The translations under genes and the position numbers were made by a program. Positions 35,363 to 49,682 of a stretch of DNA of 64,000 nt are shown here, one piece after another. The DNA is from Vezdaea acicularis. Its lineage: Eukaryota. Below the pieces are notes generated by a model that saw only the letters and a program-made list of their open reading frames with translations, did no database searches and had not been told where the DNA came from. The number at the start of each line of letters is the position of its first letter. The first letter of the stretch is position 1. The stretch lies in NCBI GenBank assembly GCA_026025075.1, contig JAPEUI010000001.1, forward strand, positions 124,001-188,000, given 5' to 3'.

Positions 35363-38069
35363 GGTCGTGTTGGAAGCGGTCGAATGTATTGTTTCAAAGG
35401 GATATTATCAGGGTGATTCTCGAGACTTACAGATTATCGATGGTCGACCCGACTGAGGATTATATGTTCTTCAAGGGCCGGGTCTAGGTCTCTTGTAGAG
35501 TTCGTCCAAGCATGAGGATGCACGAACACGCATTGGCAAGGGGAAGCGTTCTGGTGAGGGGGACGGTCTCTTGCAGGCTCGCTGGACTACGCAGCGCCTA
35601 ACGTGGTTCAAGGCGGGGTGTGCTGTCTCCACCAAGGATACTTGTAGACATGCCAACTCATCGTCACTCTGATGGCTCGTCCAAACAGCTAGATGACAAG
35701 TGTTGGAACAGAGGGTAGAGGCGGACAAAATGCACGATCACCGCGGTGTTGGTTTTGCGGCACTCCCTATGATAGAGATGGCCCTCGGAATTCTTCACAG
35801 GCGTCCCCGGGCATGCGGGAGCGACTGATCTGGGTATAGAGCGCCACTTGAGAAGAGAGGGCAGTGGTATCATTGCCACCGCAGAGAAGCTCGAAACAGC
35901 AAGTTGCACAGACCACCCCACTGCCGACTGGGAAGATTCCCCATCGATTTGGAAGGCTGGCCAATCACGACGGCAGGAAGTAAGAAAGAATTAAATCGCC
36001 ATTGGCTTGACGGGGCCGATTCGCATTATTCGAGCCGAACAATGCCACACGTCCGAGCAAGAGAGGCACGACGAAAAAAGACGTACAGCACAGCGCGGCG
36101 GCAATGGAGTAAGCGGGTAAACGACAGCGGCATCTCGATCTCACATCCTCTCCGGGCCCCAGCCTGCAGACAGGCCAGATCGGTAGGCTAGACTGGAATG
36201 TACCCCTCGATGCTGTCATCCCCCTCCATCCGCGCCGCATTCTCTACGGCCTAGTCCATGTTCTTTCACGGCCAGACGGACGGACCTGTAGCTCCCGTTT
36301 GGCTTTTTTCGAGTACCGCGGGTAGACCCGTATTGTATCGTGCATGCCAGAAGGAATCTTCTTCTTTGCGTAAGGTTTAATGCTTTGACCGACGGCCTCT
36401 CGCGCATAAGCTCGCCGTTTCAAGCGGGGTGACTTCGTTTGCCGCATATTCAGCCGCGGCGGTCGATACCACCTCACATCGGAGAAAAAAGCAGACGCGA
36501 TACGCCAACCCCTCGAGAACAGCGTATCCTAGCAAACCCTCACTCCACTTCGTCAGAGAGACATATTTCTTTTGGAGTCGCGTGCAACGCTGATGCGCTC
36601 GACCTCGATGTTTGTTGCTCATCGACAACTTGGCCCCCGGAGTCTTGGTGCACAAGTCTTCTCGAGACCTTGGCCGGGGTTGGCTCTGATCGCGTCCCCG
36701 TCAATCAAGGGGAACAACGTGGCCGGGCTGGCATCACGACGGAATCGTCATTAGATTCGCCGTGACTCGCGCGCTGCCGCGTTACGGCAGAGCCCCAGGA
36801 TCCTGCGCTGCGAGACATGCCATCCTCAAGTTGGCTTTCGTAAGCTGATTGATCGGGACTGAAGGTTTTCCAGTTCCCCGCAGGAGGAGTCAAAGGAGCC
36901 CCTCGTACTGGCGGTGAACCTTCTCGCCATCGCCGAAGCACACGCATGATGCGCGACATGCTGTAAGGCACGCACATGTCCTTGCGATCCGCCTGGTTCA
37001 TCCCTAGCAACCGAAACCGCGGGCCGCTGCCTGAGACACATCACAATTCTGTCGCCCGATGATCGTCTTTCAGTCCTGCATTCCGAGTTACACAGGCCGA
37101 ATGGTTTGCGCGACCTCGAGACGGTGGCTTCGACATCCGACTCGAACTCTCTCGATAAGACCCCGCACGCTCTCGCGGAGGAAAGAATGCTTTGAGTAAC
37201 AAATAGCACTCGTCCCATGCGGCGCAATGTGAAACCCGTCACCGCGCTGTCGACGTGGTCATCGTTCGCCTGGTGTTCCGCCAGCACATCTCTGCGACCT
37301 CCATAGGTGACGCCATACGAGCTCTGTTCCCCACGTTTTGAGCTCAGCTCGATGCCTATTCCTACGAAGCTTCTTCTGATAGGGCGGGTGTCGCCTCACC
37401 AATCGCGCAACTCGGCCCGAACCAGACTGTCGGAGAAATCGATATTCTCATTAGGGTCCCTTGCTGTTCGTTGGCGCTTCTGCCTTGGGAATGACGGAAT
37501 GGGAGATCTGTTGAAGCGTCATCCCGTGGTCCAGAAAAAGAAATTGACCCGCGCAAAAAGCACAGCGGCCTGCTTGATTGGCAGTGCAGACCAGAATTAG
37601 ATACGTCACGCCTTCTCGTGCATGATTGGTCTGCACTTCTCAGATTGTCTGCCCCAGCTTGCTCTGCCTGAGAACCTGCCATTCACTTGGGAGGCTCATT
37701 GATTTCATTGTTCTCTCGGCGTGTCAACTATCAGTGTCATTGGTAGCAGTTGATACTTCTTGCGTTGCCCTCTACACCTGAAAGCCTCGTATCATACAAC
37801 AATGGATCGAGTCCGTAAACCCATCATTTTAGGAAAGATGGGAGGACTTCTGAGGCGAACCCACTTTGATGAGCGAGCGCATAAGCCGCTTAAAGATAGC
37901 TCCTTTGTTGATCTCGTATCGAGGGATCAAATCTTGAGCACTCTCGATTCTTTGTCTCCCCGCTTTCCTTCATGATCCGAGAAGATGGTCGACTCGACGA
38001 GCTTTACGGAACGGGCACCTCAGCATGAGATGCGAGCAGAAATTTACCAGTCCGTGGTAAGCCATACCA

Positions 38070-38936
38070 GTGACTCCTCCTCACACATCCCAATCGCCCG
38101 AGAATGTATCGAGCACAGTCGTTATCACCCAGCAAGAATCGGCCCACAGCATGCACTCCCACGCCGGTCCGATCGCGTCACACCCCGAACTACAGCTCTC
38201 GGACGACTATAAGGGATCTCACGTGGAATCGTACACCACGGCCCTTCACAACCAGCTAACGGATGAAGAAGTCGACGAATACCTCGACTCGAACCCTCGC
38301 CCGATCTTCGTTTACGACTACCTGATGTTTCCGAAACTCCTGCGAGAGAGCGTCCTCGCTCTCAATACCAGCAGCGAAGACCTTGCCTACCAGATGACTC
38401 CCGCGACCCTGCTCGGCCACCTGCGCTTGAGCACTCTGATCGGGGACGAGCCACAGGTTCTTCAGTCGGAGCTGCCTGGACACAATGTAGCCGGCTTCGT
38501 CGTCTTCGGGCTGACGGACAGTCAACACGTCGAGCTGGCCAAGCGGCACGAGTCCCTCTACGTGAAGAACGACGCAGAGGCGGTGATTGAGCTTGAGGTG
38601 CAGGATTCACCCGATGGGCTACCGCTGGAAGGGGCTACAAGGAAAGTGCCTGTGTCGGTCTATGTATGGGATCGGAGGAAATGGGGAACGTGGGCCTTTC
38701 TGCCGACAATTGAGCATGAGTGGAGGGTAAGCAAATTTATGCAGAGTAGCTGGTGGAAGAAACTTGCGAGCCCGAATATACAGAGACTCCAGCGGGAGTG
38801 GATGAAGGAGAGGGATCACTTTGTGGTGAAGAAGCATGAGAGGAGTACATCTTTGAGTAAGTGGGTTGGAGGCGAAAACCTTGGGGAGAGGGTGGGTAAT
38901 GTGGGAATGTTAGATCTGAGCACCGACGAGACTTGA
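38070..38936 (+). CDS. AIG2-like / gamma-glutamylcyclotransferase-fold protein, divergent; start uncertain
   Basis: PIFVYDYLMFP, MTPATLLGHLR, VAGFVVFGLT, VYVW and WRVSKF follow the AIG2-like layout. An in-frame stop at 38058 means an upstream exon or an internal ATG (38151) is used. Confidence 0.7.
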   Translation: MTPPHTSQSPENVSSTVVITQQESAHSMHSHAGPIASHPELQLSDDYKGSHVESYTTALHNQLTDEEVDEYLDSNPRPIFVYDYLMFPKLLRESVLALNTSSEDLAYQMTPATLLGHLRLSTLIGDEPQVLQSELPGHNVAGFVVFGLTDSQHVELAKRHESLYVKNDAEAVIELEVQDSPDGLPLEGATRKVPVSVYVWDRRKWGTWAFLPTIEHEWRVSKFMQSSWWKKLASPNIQRLQREWMKERDHFVVKKHERSTSLSKWVGGENLGERVGNVGMLDLSTDET

Positions 38937-39111
38937 GATATTTGCATAAGCTTTGCTAGGAGTTTGCCCACTTTAGCTCTTGTTTAAGGATATGTGCGCT
39001 TATGCATCTGTTTTTGACGCCGATAGAGCTGCCCAGTGATATTTCTACCAGTACATGAAACCTTACAACGCCATGAATGCATAATCCTAGCAGCTCAAAC
39101 CCCACTTCTCT

Positions 39112-40228
<1,117 letters not shown>

Positions 40229-40870
40229 CGTCAGACTCGGCGCAACCAGTGGAGGTCAGGGCAGGCGGGATGGGAGATGTTCTGTTCGAGGAGTGTCGGG
40301 CTGCTTAAAGGGGAGAAGCCTGTGTATTGAGAGTAAGTAGAGGAGCGGTCGTCGGCTCGGAGTCTGGAAATGCGCGTGAACGTGCAATCCGCATTTTGAT
40401 GGCAACAGCCGGGCCGAGGCACGGCGGGGAATGTTCCGCTCCTAGTCGCGACCACGGGACCACCCCGCGTACGACGCCTCGTGCTTGCTTCTTCGAAAGG
40501 ACAGAAGTCCACGAAGTCAGGCCTCTGCTAATTGGTTTAATGATATGTCCGGGTAGAGTTCAAAGCATGGGCTAATGAAAGATATGTACATATATATTTT
40601 TTGGGATTGTGAGTTGTATGACGAATCACATGCCTGCGCCCTCCCTGACGACCTCTCCTTGACAGCCAATTGAGTTGGGGTTCACATAAGAGTTCCTCTT
40701 GGAGACCTATGAACGGATTTTACATTTAAGGAAATCGAAATGATTGTCTAGGTGAAACACAGTCACTCCTAGGAACACCAAGTTCATGGGAATCCTTGCC
40801 CCAGGTAGTCCAACACCCACCACAATGCAATCCAACCCGCAATCCAATCTCTATGCAACACCCCAACGCT

Positions 40871-42723
40871 TCACATACTCCCTTCGATAGCTCCGTCCGC
40901 TCCCATACCAAGTCCCACGCGTCTCTTCCCAGCTCCGTAAATCATCTCCATCATCTTCCCTTTTTGCCTTTCCCTCACCCCCCTAAGATGGCTATACACG
41001 CCTTCTAGGCCCCCAATCTGCTCTTCGACGCTCAAGGTGCTTCCCTCCCCTTTCACCAACGGACTAACCAGCTTCTTCCGGAGCGTCTCTAGATTCGCCT
41101 TCAGCGTGAGCAACTTCCCATTATGGTCCACCAACAGATGTTTATTGGTGATGGTCTTCTGCCGGACATTCGATAGTAGCTGCAGATTCCGTGAATACTT
41201 CCGCAGCGCATTCGCATTCGGTCCAAGTACCCGCGTCCAAAGGCTCGATAGCAGCTCGCTTTCCATATGTTCCTGGTGGTCGCTTTCCCGGATGACCGTC
41301 CGCGCCAGATTAAGGAACTGCTGGTCAATCGCGGAGAAGAGCGTGAAGAGCGCAGTGGAATGCGTGAGTTCGTTCGAGATGCTCTCTTCGAGCACGGCGA
41401 GAAACTCGTTGAAGGTGCGCTGGAGCGTCTTTCGCGTGCGCTGGGGATGCGATTGGCCGAAGAGCGTGGTAATGGTTGCGCCAAGGGTGGTGCTGGTGCC
41501 CGAAGGGGTTTCAAGTAGGTTGAGGCGCGAGAGAAGGGAATGAGTATTTGAGAAGAGTGAACTGAGTGGAGATGGAGGAAGGTTGGAAAGTGCAGAGAGC
41601 TCGCGCTTGGCCCATTCCATAACGATCAAGATGCTATACATCACGGCAAGTTAGCGCAGAGCTTTCAATTGGCTAGGATCAAGAGAAGAGTGGTGTACAT
41701 ACCCGTCAACATCTCCATCCACATTTGCAAAAAACTTGGTCAATTCGATAGCGAGGGTCTTTAGACTATCACTGAGCTCATCCAGCTCGCGCACAATGAT
41801 TGGGGCAGATGTCATGTTGGTCGAGCGCACACTCTCGCCCAAGTCCCAAACGGCAACGCCCGTTTCCTGTAGGTCCCCGATCTGCTGCACGCCATTCTCC
41901 GAATAGAATATGAGTGGTTCGAATGCTTTTGCGAGACCTGCGACTTTGACTAGGTCGGGTACAGGGGTAGGTGCGGGTGTTTGGAAGAGCACTCGGAGCA
42001 CGGTAGTCGACATTAAAGCTATTAAGATTGTAAGAAAGGTAGAGCTCCGCGACTTGGTGATTTGGGAGAATGAGTCTCGGACATATGCAAAGGCTGCTTC
42101 GAATGGCTCGGTGCGGTGTTGGACTTCTGCCCGCATGGCAAATCTGATATCTGCCGACGAGGAATCAGTCATTGCCCGATCTTGATGGGAATGAGGAACG
42201 TACAATTGTTTGGGTTATCTTCCACTTTCGCCGCCTGATTCTCTGCCTGCCCCCCAAAGCTCTTTGCAAAATCTGCTCCTTGGTTTGGGTATGGCTCTGG
42301 ACTTGGAGATCGCTTCAGCGGTGAGTCTGTAGGTAACCTTATATTGGCTGGAATAGTCAGGTCTTCCTGTGCACTGTCATATTGCGGGCTTGTTTCCCTC
42401 GATCCTCTTGGACTGCTCCCGCTTGTTCCAGCTAGGCGTTCGCGCAGCATGGACTGCTGTCGGAACCATCCACTGGGACCAGCCCCAATGCCTGAATGTC
42501 TTTTCCATGCTGGAGGTGACCATGGCCTGCCGGAATCGGACTCCGCCACTTCGGATTCGGCCTCTTCGGAAAGAAAGCCTGAATGATGCGATGAGAGGTT
42601 GAAGAGAGGTGACCGGTTAGCTTCACTGTTGTCGGCATTGTGTTCGAAATCTTCGAGAGATGCGGAAAGCGATGGATGGTCATCGAAGATGCCCTCTATC
42701 GCGTCGAGGCGCGCTGTCGCCAT
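40871..42723 (-). CDS. Fungal hypothetical protein with one predicted TM segment and helical C-terminus, 3 exons
   Basis: Three ORF-track pieces are joined by canonical introns (NNY|IRFAMRAEVQHR and DGDVDG|ILIVMEWA). Hydrophobic FLTILIALMSTTVLRVL is followed by PDLVKVAGLAKAFEPLIFYSENG. Confidence 0.85.
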
Positions 42724-43996
42724 GGTGCTATGCAAACCCGCGAAACCAGAGTCTTAATGATCGAGGCAATCAGGGTTGAAGCTCGAATTTGGATGGCTGC
42801 AGCGAAAGTGACTTGTCTAACGCTGGTAAACTGCCGAAGTAAGTTGATGTCGTAAGGGAAAAGCTTGTCGTAGTTTCAGGCCGAGATAACGGCGGACGAC
42901 CCTACAGCCTTACGGATGAGGTCAAGGTCTCACAAAGGAACCAACAAAGACCATGCAGCAGGGGAGCGGTTATAACAGCGACAAAGGATGACTCTAAGAA
43001 GCTTGAACTAGACTGTAGCAGATAGGACAGGCTACGGAGTAACGCAATGGGTAAAGAGTGATAAGAGCGAAGCAAGAGCGAGGGCCCCGGAGAGTAGAAA
43101 CGGAATGCGATCGGGGCAAAGACGTGTTCCTGGCCTGTGGAAGTGGTTGCAGCTGCTGTCGCTACGCGATCACTTTTTACCCCTCGTTGCCCCAGCCTCT
43201 CCCATACTTTTGATCCTGCTCCAGTTGCCCCGATTCTTGCAGATCTCCTCGCGCGACTTTGGCGGAGGGAGACTTCGGACAAGCCGGAGGGGCTGGGCCA
43301 ATCGATGGTACTCCCATCTCAGGCTAATCGAGGCATCCACATGGTCCAAACCCGGGCGACCGTGAGAGGCCTTCTCACCGAGAAACACGCAGCGCGGTCT
43401 CCGCAAGGTCGTAGTTTGGTGTTTCGTAGTGGTGCAAGGGCAAGCGTTGCGGGGCCAGTCAGAATCTGCGGATGGCGGGTGACAGGGATCCTCGCAAGAA
43501 CCCTGCTTGGCCGCAACCGGCCCAGCGTAATCGACAACTGGACGAGAATGACGGGAAGCATGCAAGGGCGATGAGAGTCGGCAACTTGGAGACATATCTC
43601 TACAATTCCGCCCCTAGGGTATTCTAGGCAGTAATCATTTTTCCTGGCAAAGAGAAAACGTCGTCCGTCTCCTCAGCTGTATACTAGCGATTCAGGCAAT
43701 AGCGCTCGCACATGACATAATGGGCTCTCGTTACTCGTTATTGACATTTCAGTATGCTCCGATTCCCACACGTAATCCCCGTTCTCTAGTACAAAAGTAT
43801 AGAGGCGCACTGGGAGCAGTATACCATATCCGGAAGAGGCAATATCGAAGAACGAGCGGCAGCCTAGAAGGGTAGAGAACGGAGAGGTGGTAGAGAGAGA
43901 TGCGTGATAAGACAAACTCATGAGCTTGCTCCCCCCTTAGACAAGGAGTCGATTGACAGTCACAGCACATGATCCCTGACCAGCCAGGCTTCTCCT

Positions 43997-46446
43997 CTAA
44001 TCGATCTTTGCATACGCTAAGCTCTTACCCGGGGTGAGGTTGTTGGAGAGCCGCACGTTTGCGCGCTTGTATTTGCTATGTTTCTTCAGTCGCTTGCGAG
44101 CAACCATAACTGGCACCGAAGACTTTTGGACAAGGTAATTGGAGAAGGAACCAAGCAAAACTCTAGAAGAGATGGTGTCAGATGAAGACCGGGCGGAGAG
44201 ATCTGGAACGAGGAGAAAGGAAGGGGGACTGGGTGAAGAGAAAAAAAAAACGTGGATATACCCTTTCAGGGCGCTACGGCCGCGTGAGCCCAACACGACC
44301 AGAGTAGGTTCAATATAATCAATCTGCTGTGGGCATCAGCATGTGCATGCAGGCAGACCATTCATGAAAGGCTTGCGTACCACTTCGCAGATGACGTGCT
44401 TGGGTTCTTCACAATGCAGTACTTCAATCACCACCCGAACTTGTAGCCTCGTTTTCCGCAGTAATCGTACAATTCGCGCGGATATCTCTTCTAAAGCGTG
44501 AATGCGCTCCTCTTCGGTTTTGGACTTTGCCCGCCCGTCCGGCGAGTTGTTGGCGCTAGCACCGCGGGAACTGAACGCCGCGGAGAGGGGCGAGAGAGGG
44601 GAGGGTGAGGGGGCAGGCTTGGTGGATATGGCGTGCTTGGTCTGAGTTCCCACTATTGTGGCTTGATCTTTTGTAGCAAGATAGGCCTCTGTCGACTTGG
44701 AAGCTTTATCTCTAACGCTGGTCTTGCTGACCTCGCTATCGATCGCAAAAATTGCCATCAGCGTGTCGCCGTCTCTGAGTACAGTTCCAACGGTCCATTC
44801 GAGCGCATGTGCTGCTTCGTCGCTAAGATCAGTAGCAACCAAGTATGTTCGCTGGCGCCGGGTTCCCTCCTCGGCTTCTTTTTGCATTTCGCCGAACTCA
44901 CCCCGGATGATCGTCCTGATGCAGCGCTGGGATTCTGGCGTAGATGAGATGGGTGAAAACCGGATGTTCATGCGTTGAGCGCGGCGAATATCTGAAATGT
45001 CAGCGTCAGTGTCTGATGTGATGTTGTTTTCGGAATTTGCGGAAGCCGCCGCGTAGTCGAAACTTGTGGAGGGATGAACGCCAGCCTTCTTCGTCACGAC
45101 CTTCTCCCCTCCCGGCCCGGTCAGTGTGACGTCCGGCATTAACATAGACTTGACTTTGTAATTGGCACTGCTAACGTGTTGACCTGCATCCATGATTGTT
45201 AGCTTCTGCTTGAGGAAGGCCTATGTGACGGTTAAAAGTGTATTCGTGGGTGAATAGTGCGGTCTACCATATAAACGCGAAAGGAAATGTGTTCTGATGA
45301 CCAAGGATTGCATTGAAGGCACCTACGCTCTTCCTCAGCTGCAGCTAGCAGACTCAGGGGCTGCCTGGAGTTCTTCTTCAGTTGTCCTGACTTATTATCT
45401 TCATCGCTTGCTTCCGCGTCAGCTTCTCCGCCAGAACCACGTCTGCCCTTCCTCCCCCTTCCGCGAGTGCCGTAGAGCTCCTGATCTGAAGAATGATAAT
45501 CTTCCTCGCTGCTCTCCACAACTGCATCTTCGTCATCACCGTAATAGTCTTTCACAAGTCGGACGCCCCCCGTAGGCGATAGAGCCTCTCCACTATCCGC
45601 TCGAATATGCTCTGCTCGGGATGGTAGGGAAGACAGGCTACCACCAGACTTGAGTAATGCGGCATCGGAAAGACGACGGTAAGCATTGCTTAAATCAATA
45701 ACCTGACCACGTTCACCAACGAAGGTCCCCGGGTTCGCCATTAGGTTGAAAGAATTTGTGTTCAAATTTCGTGTGCGAGGAGATTGTGAGCGGCCAAATC
45801 GGGATGCTGGTGATCGAGATTGGTTCTTCTGTTGACCGATACCGGTTCCTGCCAGAGAGTTGTGTCGACCCCTATCACGTAAAGTATCTCCAAGGGTGCT
45901 TCCTTGCATGACAGTGGCCATTGAGCCCTGCTTCGAACCCGACTTTCTCCCCCCCTGACTAACGCGCTTTGGCAGAGCATTTGCGGAATTGGCGGGCAGC
46001 ATCTCGAACTGGTAATCTTGGCTTGGATTATGGCCGTAACGCTCTACAGAGGGCCTAGGGTACGAAGAGCCGTCCGAAGAGGCGCGATGATGTCCATCGT
46101 AGATGGAGCCTTGCTCTGAAGAGCCACTTCGTTCCCGAGAGCTTGATTTCGAACCACCTCCAGATGGGCCAAGGAGACTTCGAACAATCGGAGTTCTCGC
46201 AGAACCTGGAGGGGACGTATTTGTGATACCGACGCCACTTCCCGCTATAGAAGCATGACGAGGTGCTGGAGTCGTATCAGAGATATCGAGCATACTCCGT
46301 ACAGGTGATCGGGTCCCAAGGGGACTATCAGTACGTCCACCCTGACGGCTGCTAGGAGCTCCCTGCTGGCCTCTGTTCTTCTGCCCTTCTAAAATCTTCA
46401 ACACCTCCCGTCGCTCCTCCTCAAGCGCACCTTCTAAGGATGACAT
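43997..46446 (-). CDS. Universal stress protein (Usp domain) with long disordered N-terminus, 4 exons
   Basis: YLVATDLSDEAAHALEWT, LVVLGSRGRSALKGVLLGSFSNYLVQKSSVPVMVAR, N-terminal MSSLEGALEEERREVL. Confidence 0.92.
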
Positions 46447-47545
46447 CGCAGCGATCAAGGTAAAGAAACTGGTAAGGGATAGGTAGATAAATCAATCAAG
46501 GTAGTCGCGGGGTCTTTGAACGACTCGAGAAAATAATCGGAATCGATGCTCCTCTATCAAAAGAGTTTGAGTAGACGCTTCAAGAGCACAGCAGAGAAGA
46601 TGACGAAACTGACAGGAGGGGTATATGGAAGGCGAGCGCTGAGCTTCTTTCAGCCACAATCACGGAAAGGGCGAAGCTTCAGGATCCACGACTGGAAGCT
46701 ACGTTATTCCAGAAGGGTGGCGGTCTTCAGGCGCCAGGAGGACGGCCTGTGAGCATACTGATGATCCCCTACGGCTTGGTGCTAGTCAAGCTACAGACGT
46801 CGGTCTTGGCACCGGCACGCAGGATAAAAGAAGACAGGAACAACAAGTAGCCTGGAGACGGCGCTGATGGTGATCGCGAATGATATTTCCGAGCCTCAAG
46901 ACGATGAGCTCGACCGTCGGCAGCTCTGGATCTGTGCTTTGGAGGCACACAGCTAGGGTGGGGCGGGCGCAAGTCTCGGCGCTGGGGGTGCGGTCCGGCT
47001 AGTGGCGGGCTGGGTTTGCTGAATGCAAGCCCAAAATATGTCATCGAATTAGATGGAGGAGGTTCATATCTTTTGGGAGCGTGTTGATCCAGTACATCCT
47101 ACTCACAAGGGACGCGCTCATCAGAATGGGGATCGGGACGTTGTCTGTGATGGGTAGTGAGGGGGAGACGGGAGGTGTTTAACGATGATGCAGGAAAGTA
47201 ATCGCGCGCGCTCGTCACCGAAGTCGTCGCTGGGCATCTGATATCGGGACTTAACAGCTTCCGTCGCACTCATTGGATCGCAATGCGACCAACCGACGAC
47301 CACAGTGATAAGAACGATGCGCCGAGAACTGCAACATTCTCCTGCCATGCACATCTTGCAGGGAACACAGCAAGGCAGCGACAAGCTCAGATGTATATTA
47401 TGCTCTTGCTGCCTTCTTGTCGCTCGCTGTCGACTTCGAAATCACGCACGTGCTTCAATCCCATATATTTGACGACACAATCGCCCAGCTTTCTAAGAGC
47501 TTGATGCTTCTAGCGAAGGACTGATGTATTGTGATTGGATGGTAT

Positions 47546-48839
47546 TTACAGTGAGATCTTGAATTTCCTCGGTCTGCGCAATAGATTTGTGCGCCCGGCG
47601 ACACCGAGTCGATGAACGTTGCTTCTCTTCTCCCACGCCGAACTCCTACCTTCTACCACCGCCACTATCTCTTCCGCGACTCTTTTGGCGAAACCCCCTC
47701 TTCCACTGCCTCTAAAAGATCTCTTCCGCGCAGCATCCAAGATCCACTCCAATGCTTGTCTTCGCCGTTGTCGGAGAGTAAGAGGAATGGGGATCTGCAA
47801 AGCGACACCACCGCCAGCTGCACCCCTTTGAGAACGTATCCGGAGGAGCGGTGCTAGTGAATCGATTGCAAGGGTGAGGTATAGAATTGGGTTGAGCGGG
47901 AGGTGAGATGGCGGAGGAGCTCCAGGTAGTAGAGGCTTCCTTGGATCTGTCATTGGCGGAGGAGCAGTTCTAAGGTAGGCCAGTATAATGTCCATGTTCT
48001 GCAGGAATAGCTTGATTAGAAAACGACTTCCAGGCTCTCACTATCGAGAGCATTTCCTTGCTTGAGAGGGAAGACTCAAGAAGCTAAGAAACCCACCCTT
48101 TGGGCCGTGGCCTTCTTCCCATCCCGCATCATCATGTTCGTTGTTTGCTCGACCAATGGATCATACCGATGCTTAAGATGCATTCCCTTCGGTAAAGGGA
48201 GTTCTGGAAGCCCAAACTTGTGCCCCGCCGTTGCGACTTCAGTATTCTCTTGTGTCCCATCGGTCTGTAACCTTGACGCAAGCGCATCCGTTACTTCCTG
48301 TACTTCTGAAGGCATGTGTCCTTCTGTGTGTCCCGATATGGTAGTGGTCTGTAGATTTGAAGTAAGGACATCCATCTCTGTAGGGGTATCTGGAGACTGT
48401 AGTGTAGAAAACGATCTCGTCCCTTTTGGTACAGAAGCAGCCTTAATCTCATCTTTGATCACCTTCGGCGCCTTTTCCTTCGCTTCTGAATCTTGCTCGA
48501 GTACCTATTGTACAAACCATTAACCATCTGTTCAATTGGGCGGTTCAGAGGGAGACACTTCATTAAGGGTAAGTTTACCTCCTGTATTGGTGTCCCTTGC
48601 TCCAGCTCTGGTCCCCCTTTCCCAGTGATCTTACCCATCATTGAGGCCTCCTCGCTGACATGCGGAAGCACATCTTGATTGGGTCCTGTCGCTTTCTGAT
48701 CTTGGGGAGGTGGTTTCTCCGATTGAGCGTATGACCGCACGGGCCTGAGGCGCATGCATAGCGGTATTGCATTGGATGACGCATGAGGGCGAGCACTTAT
48801 GAGCCGTCCTGAGGCTGGAAGCCGTAAGCGTGGAGACAT
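47546..48839 (-). CDS. RSM7: Mitochondrial small-subunit ribosomal protein uS7m, 3 exons
   Basis: Arg-rich presequence; RYDPLVEQTTNMMMRDGKKATAQR, AIDSLAPLL, IPIPLTLRQRRRQALEWIL, AEEIVAVVEGRSSAWEKR. Confidence 0.92.
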
Positions 48840-49041
48840 TGTGTAAGAAACAGAAAGTAATGAATATTCATCTAGTCATCCGAAGCTGTAGATGATCGAA
48901 AGCTCGGTAACGATATTTCCTAGAAAAGTGCAGACATGGCATCACTCTCAACCCGTACTAATTGTACTATGGCGCCCGATGGTCACCGTATATACAAATG
49001 GTGACCCTAACGTGGTGGCGTACAGCTAATGGATCATCGAG

Positions 49042-49305
49042 GCTGTGGTCAAAATTGATGGCGCATAAGCGACGGTTCCTCGCAACAAAAGACCACAGGC
49101 TCGAAGGCACAAAACGTCGTCACAATGCCACGGACATGGCGCAGAGCATGGTACTGCGAAAAGAACAAAGGCGTATTACTCTAGAGCTCATACCAAAAAG
49201 AATTACTACGAAATTGCTGACGATCTTTGAAATTTTGAGAGTAATGTACGTTAGTGGGTAGGCATGCCCACTGCTCGCTTATGCGCCATCAATTTTGACC
49301 ACAGC
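49042..49305. repeat. 31-bp perfect inverted repeat enclosing a 202-bp spacer (MITE-like or hairpin)
   Basis: gctgtggtcaaaattgatggcgcataagcga (49042-49072) is the exact reverse complement of 49275-49305. Confidence 0.92.
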
Positions 49306-49682
49306 TTCGCATGGTACATTGCTTATTCCCGTTTGGAAATGGAGCTCGTGGCAGACGAGTAGGATTGGGTATATGTTTCCGGCCTCAGTGCATCTCATGC
49401 GAGCTGCGACTTCTCAATTGACCTACCTTTACTGAGCTTCAGCAGCTTAATACTTCTCTCCCTGTTCGTTTCCAAGCTGTTCAGCTAGCAGTCGCGAGTT
49501 TGCGAGTCTGCGTGAACTTCACAAGTAGCTTCTGGCTATCCCGGCTGTAACTTCACATCCTTGGTCGTTGGACACAGCTCAACAGCTTCATTTTACATCA
49601 ATAACGGTGGCGTGTCAGGGCCCTTATCGCACATTGATCACCTCGATTGCTTGTCTAAGCTAACATTCCGAAAAATCTCATA

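Noticed and set aside
35470..37700. Numerous short ORFs upstream of the dsRBD gene
   Set aside because: None has a recognisable domain or consistent splice structure, so the region is treated as regulatory or UTR.
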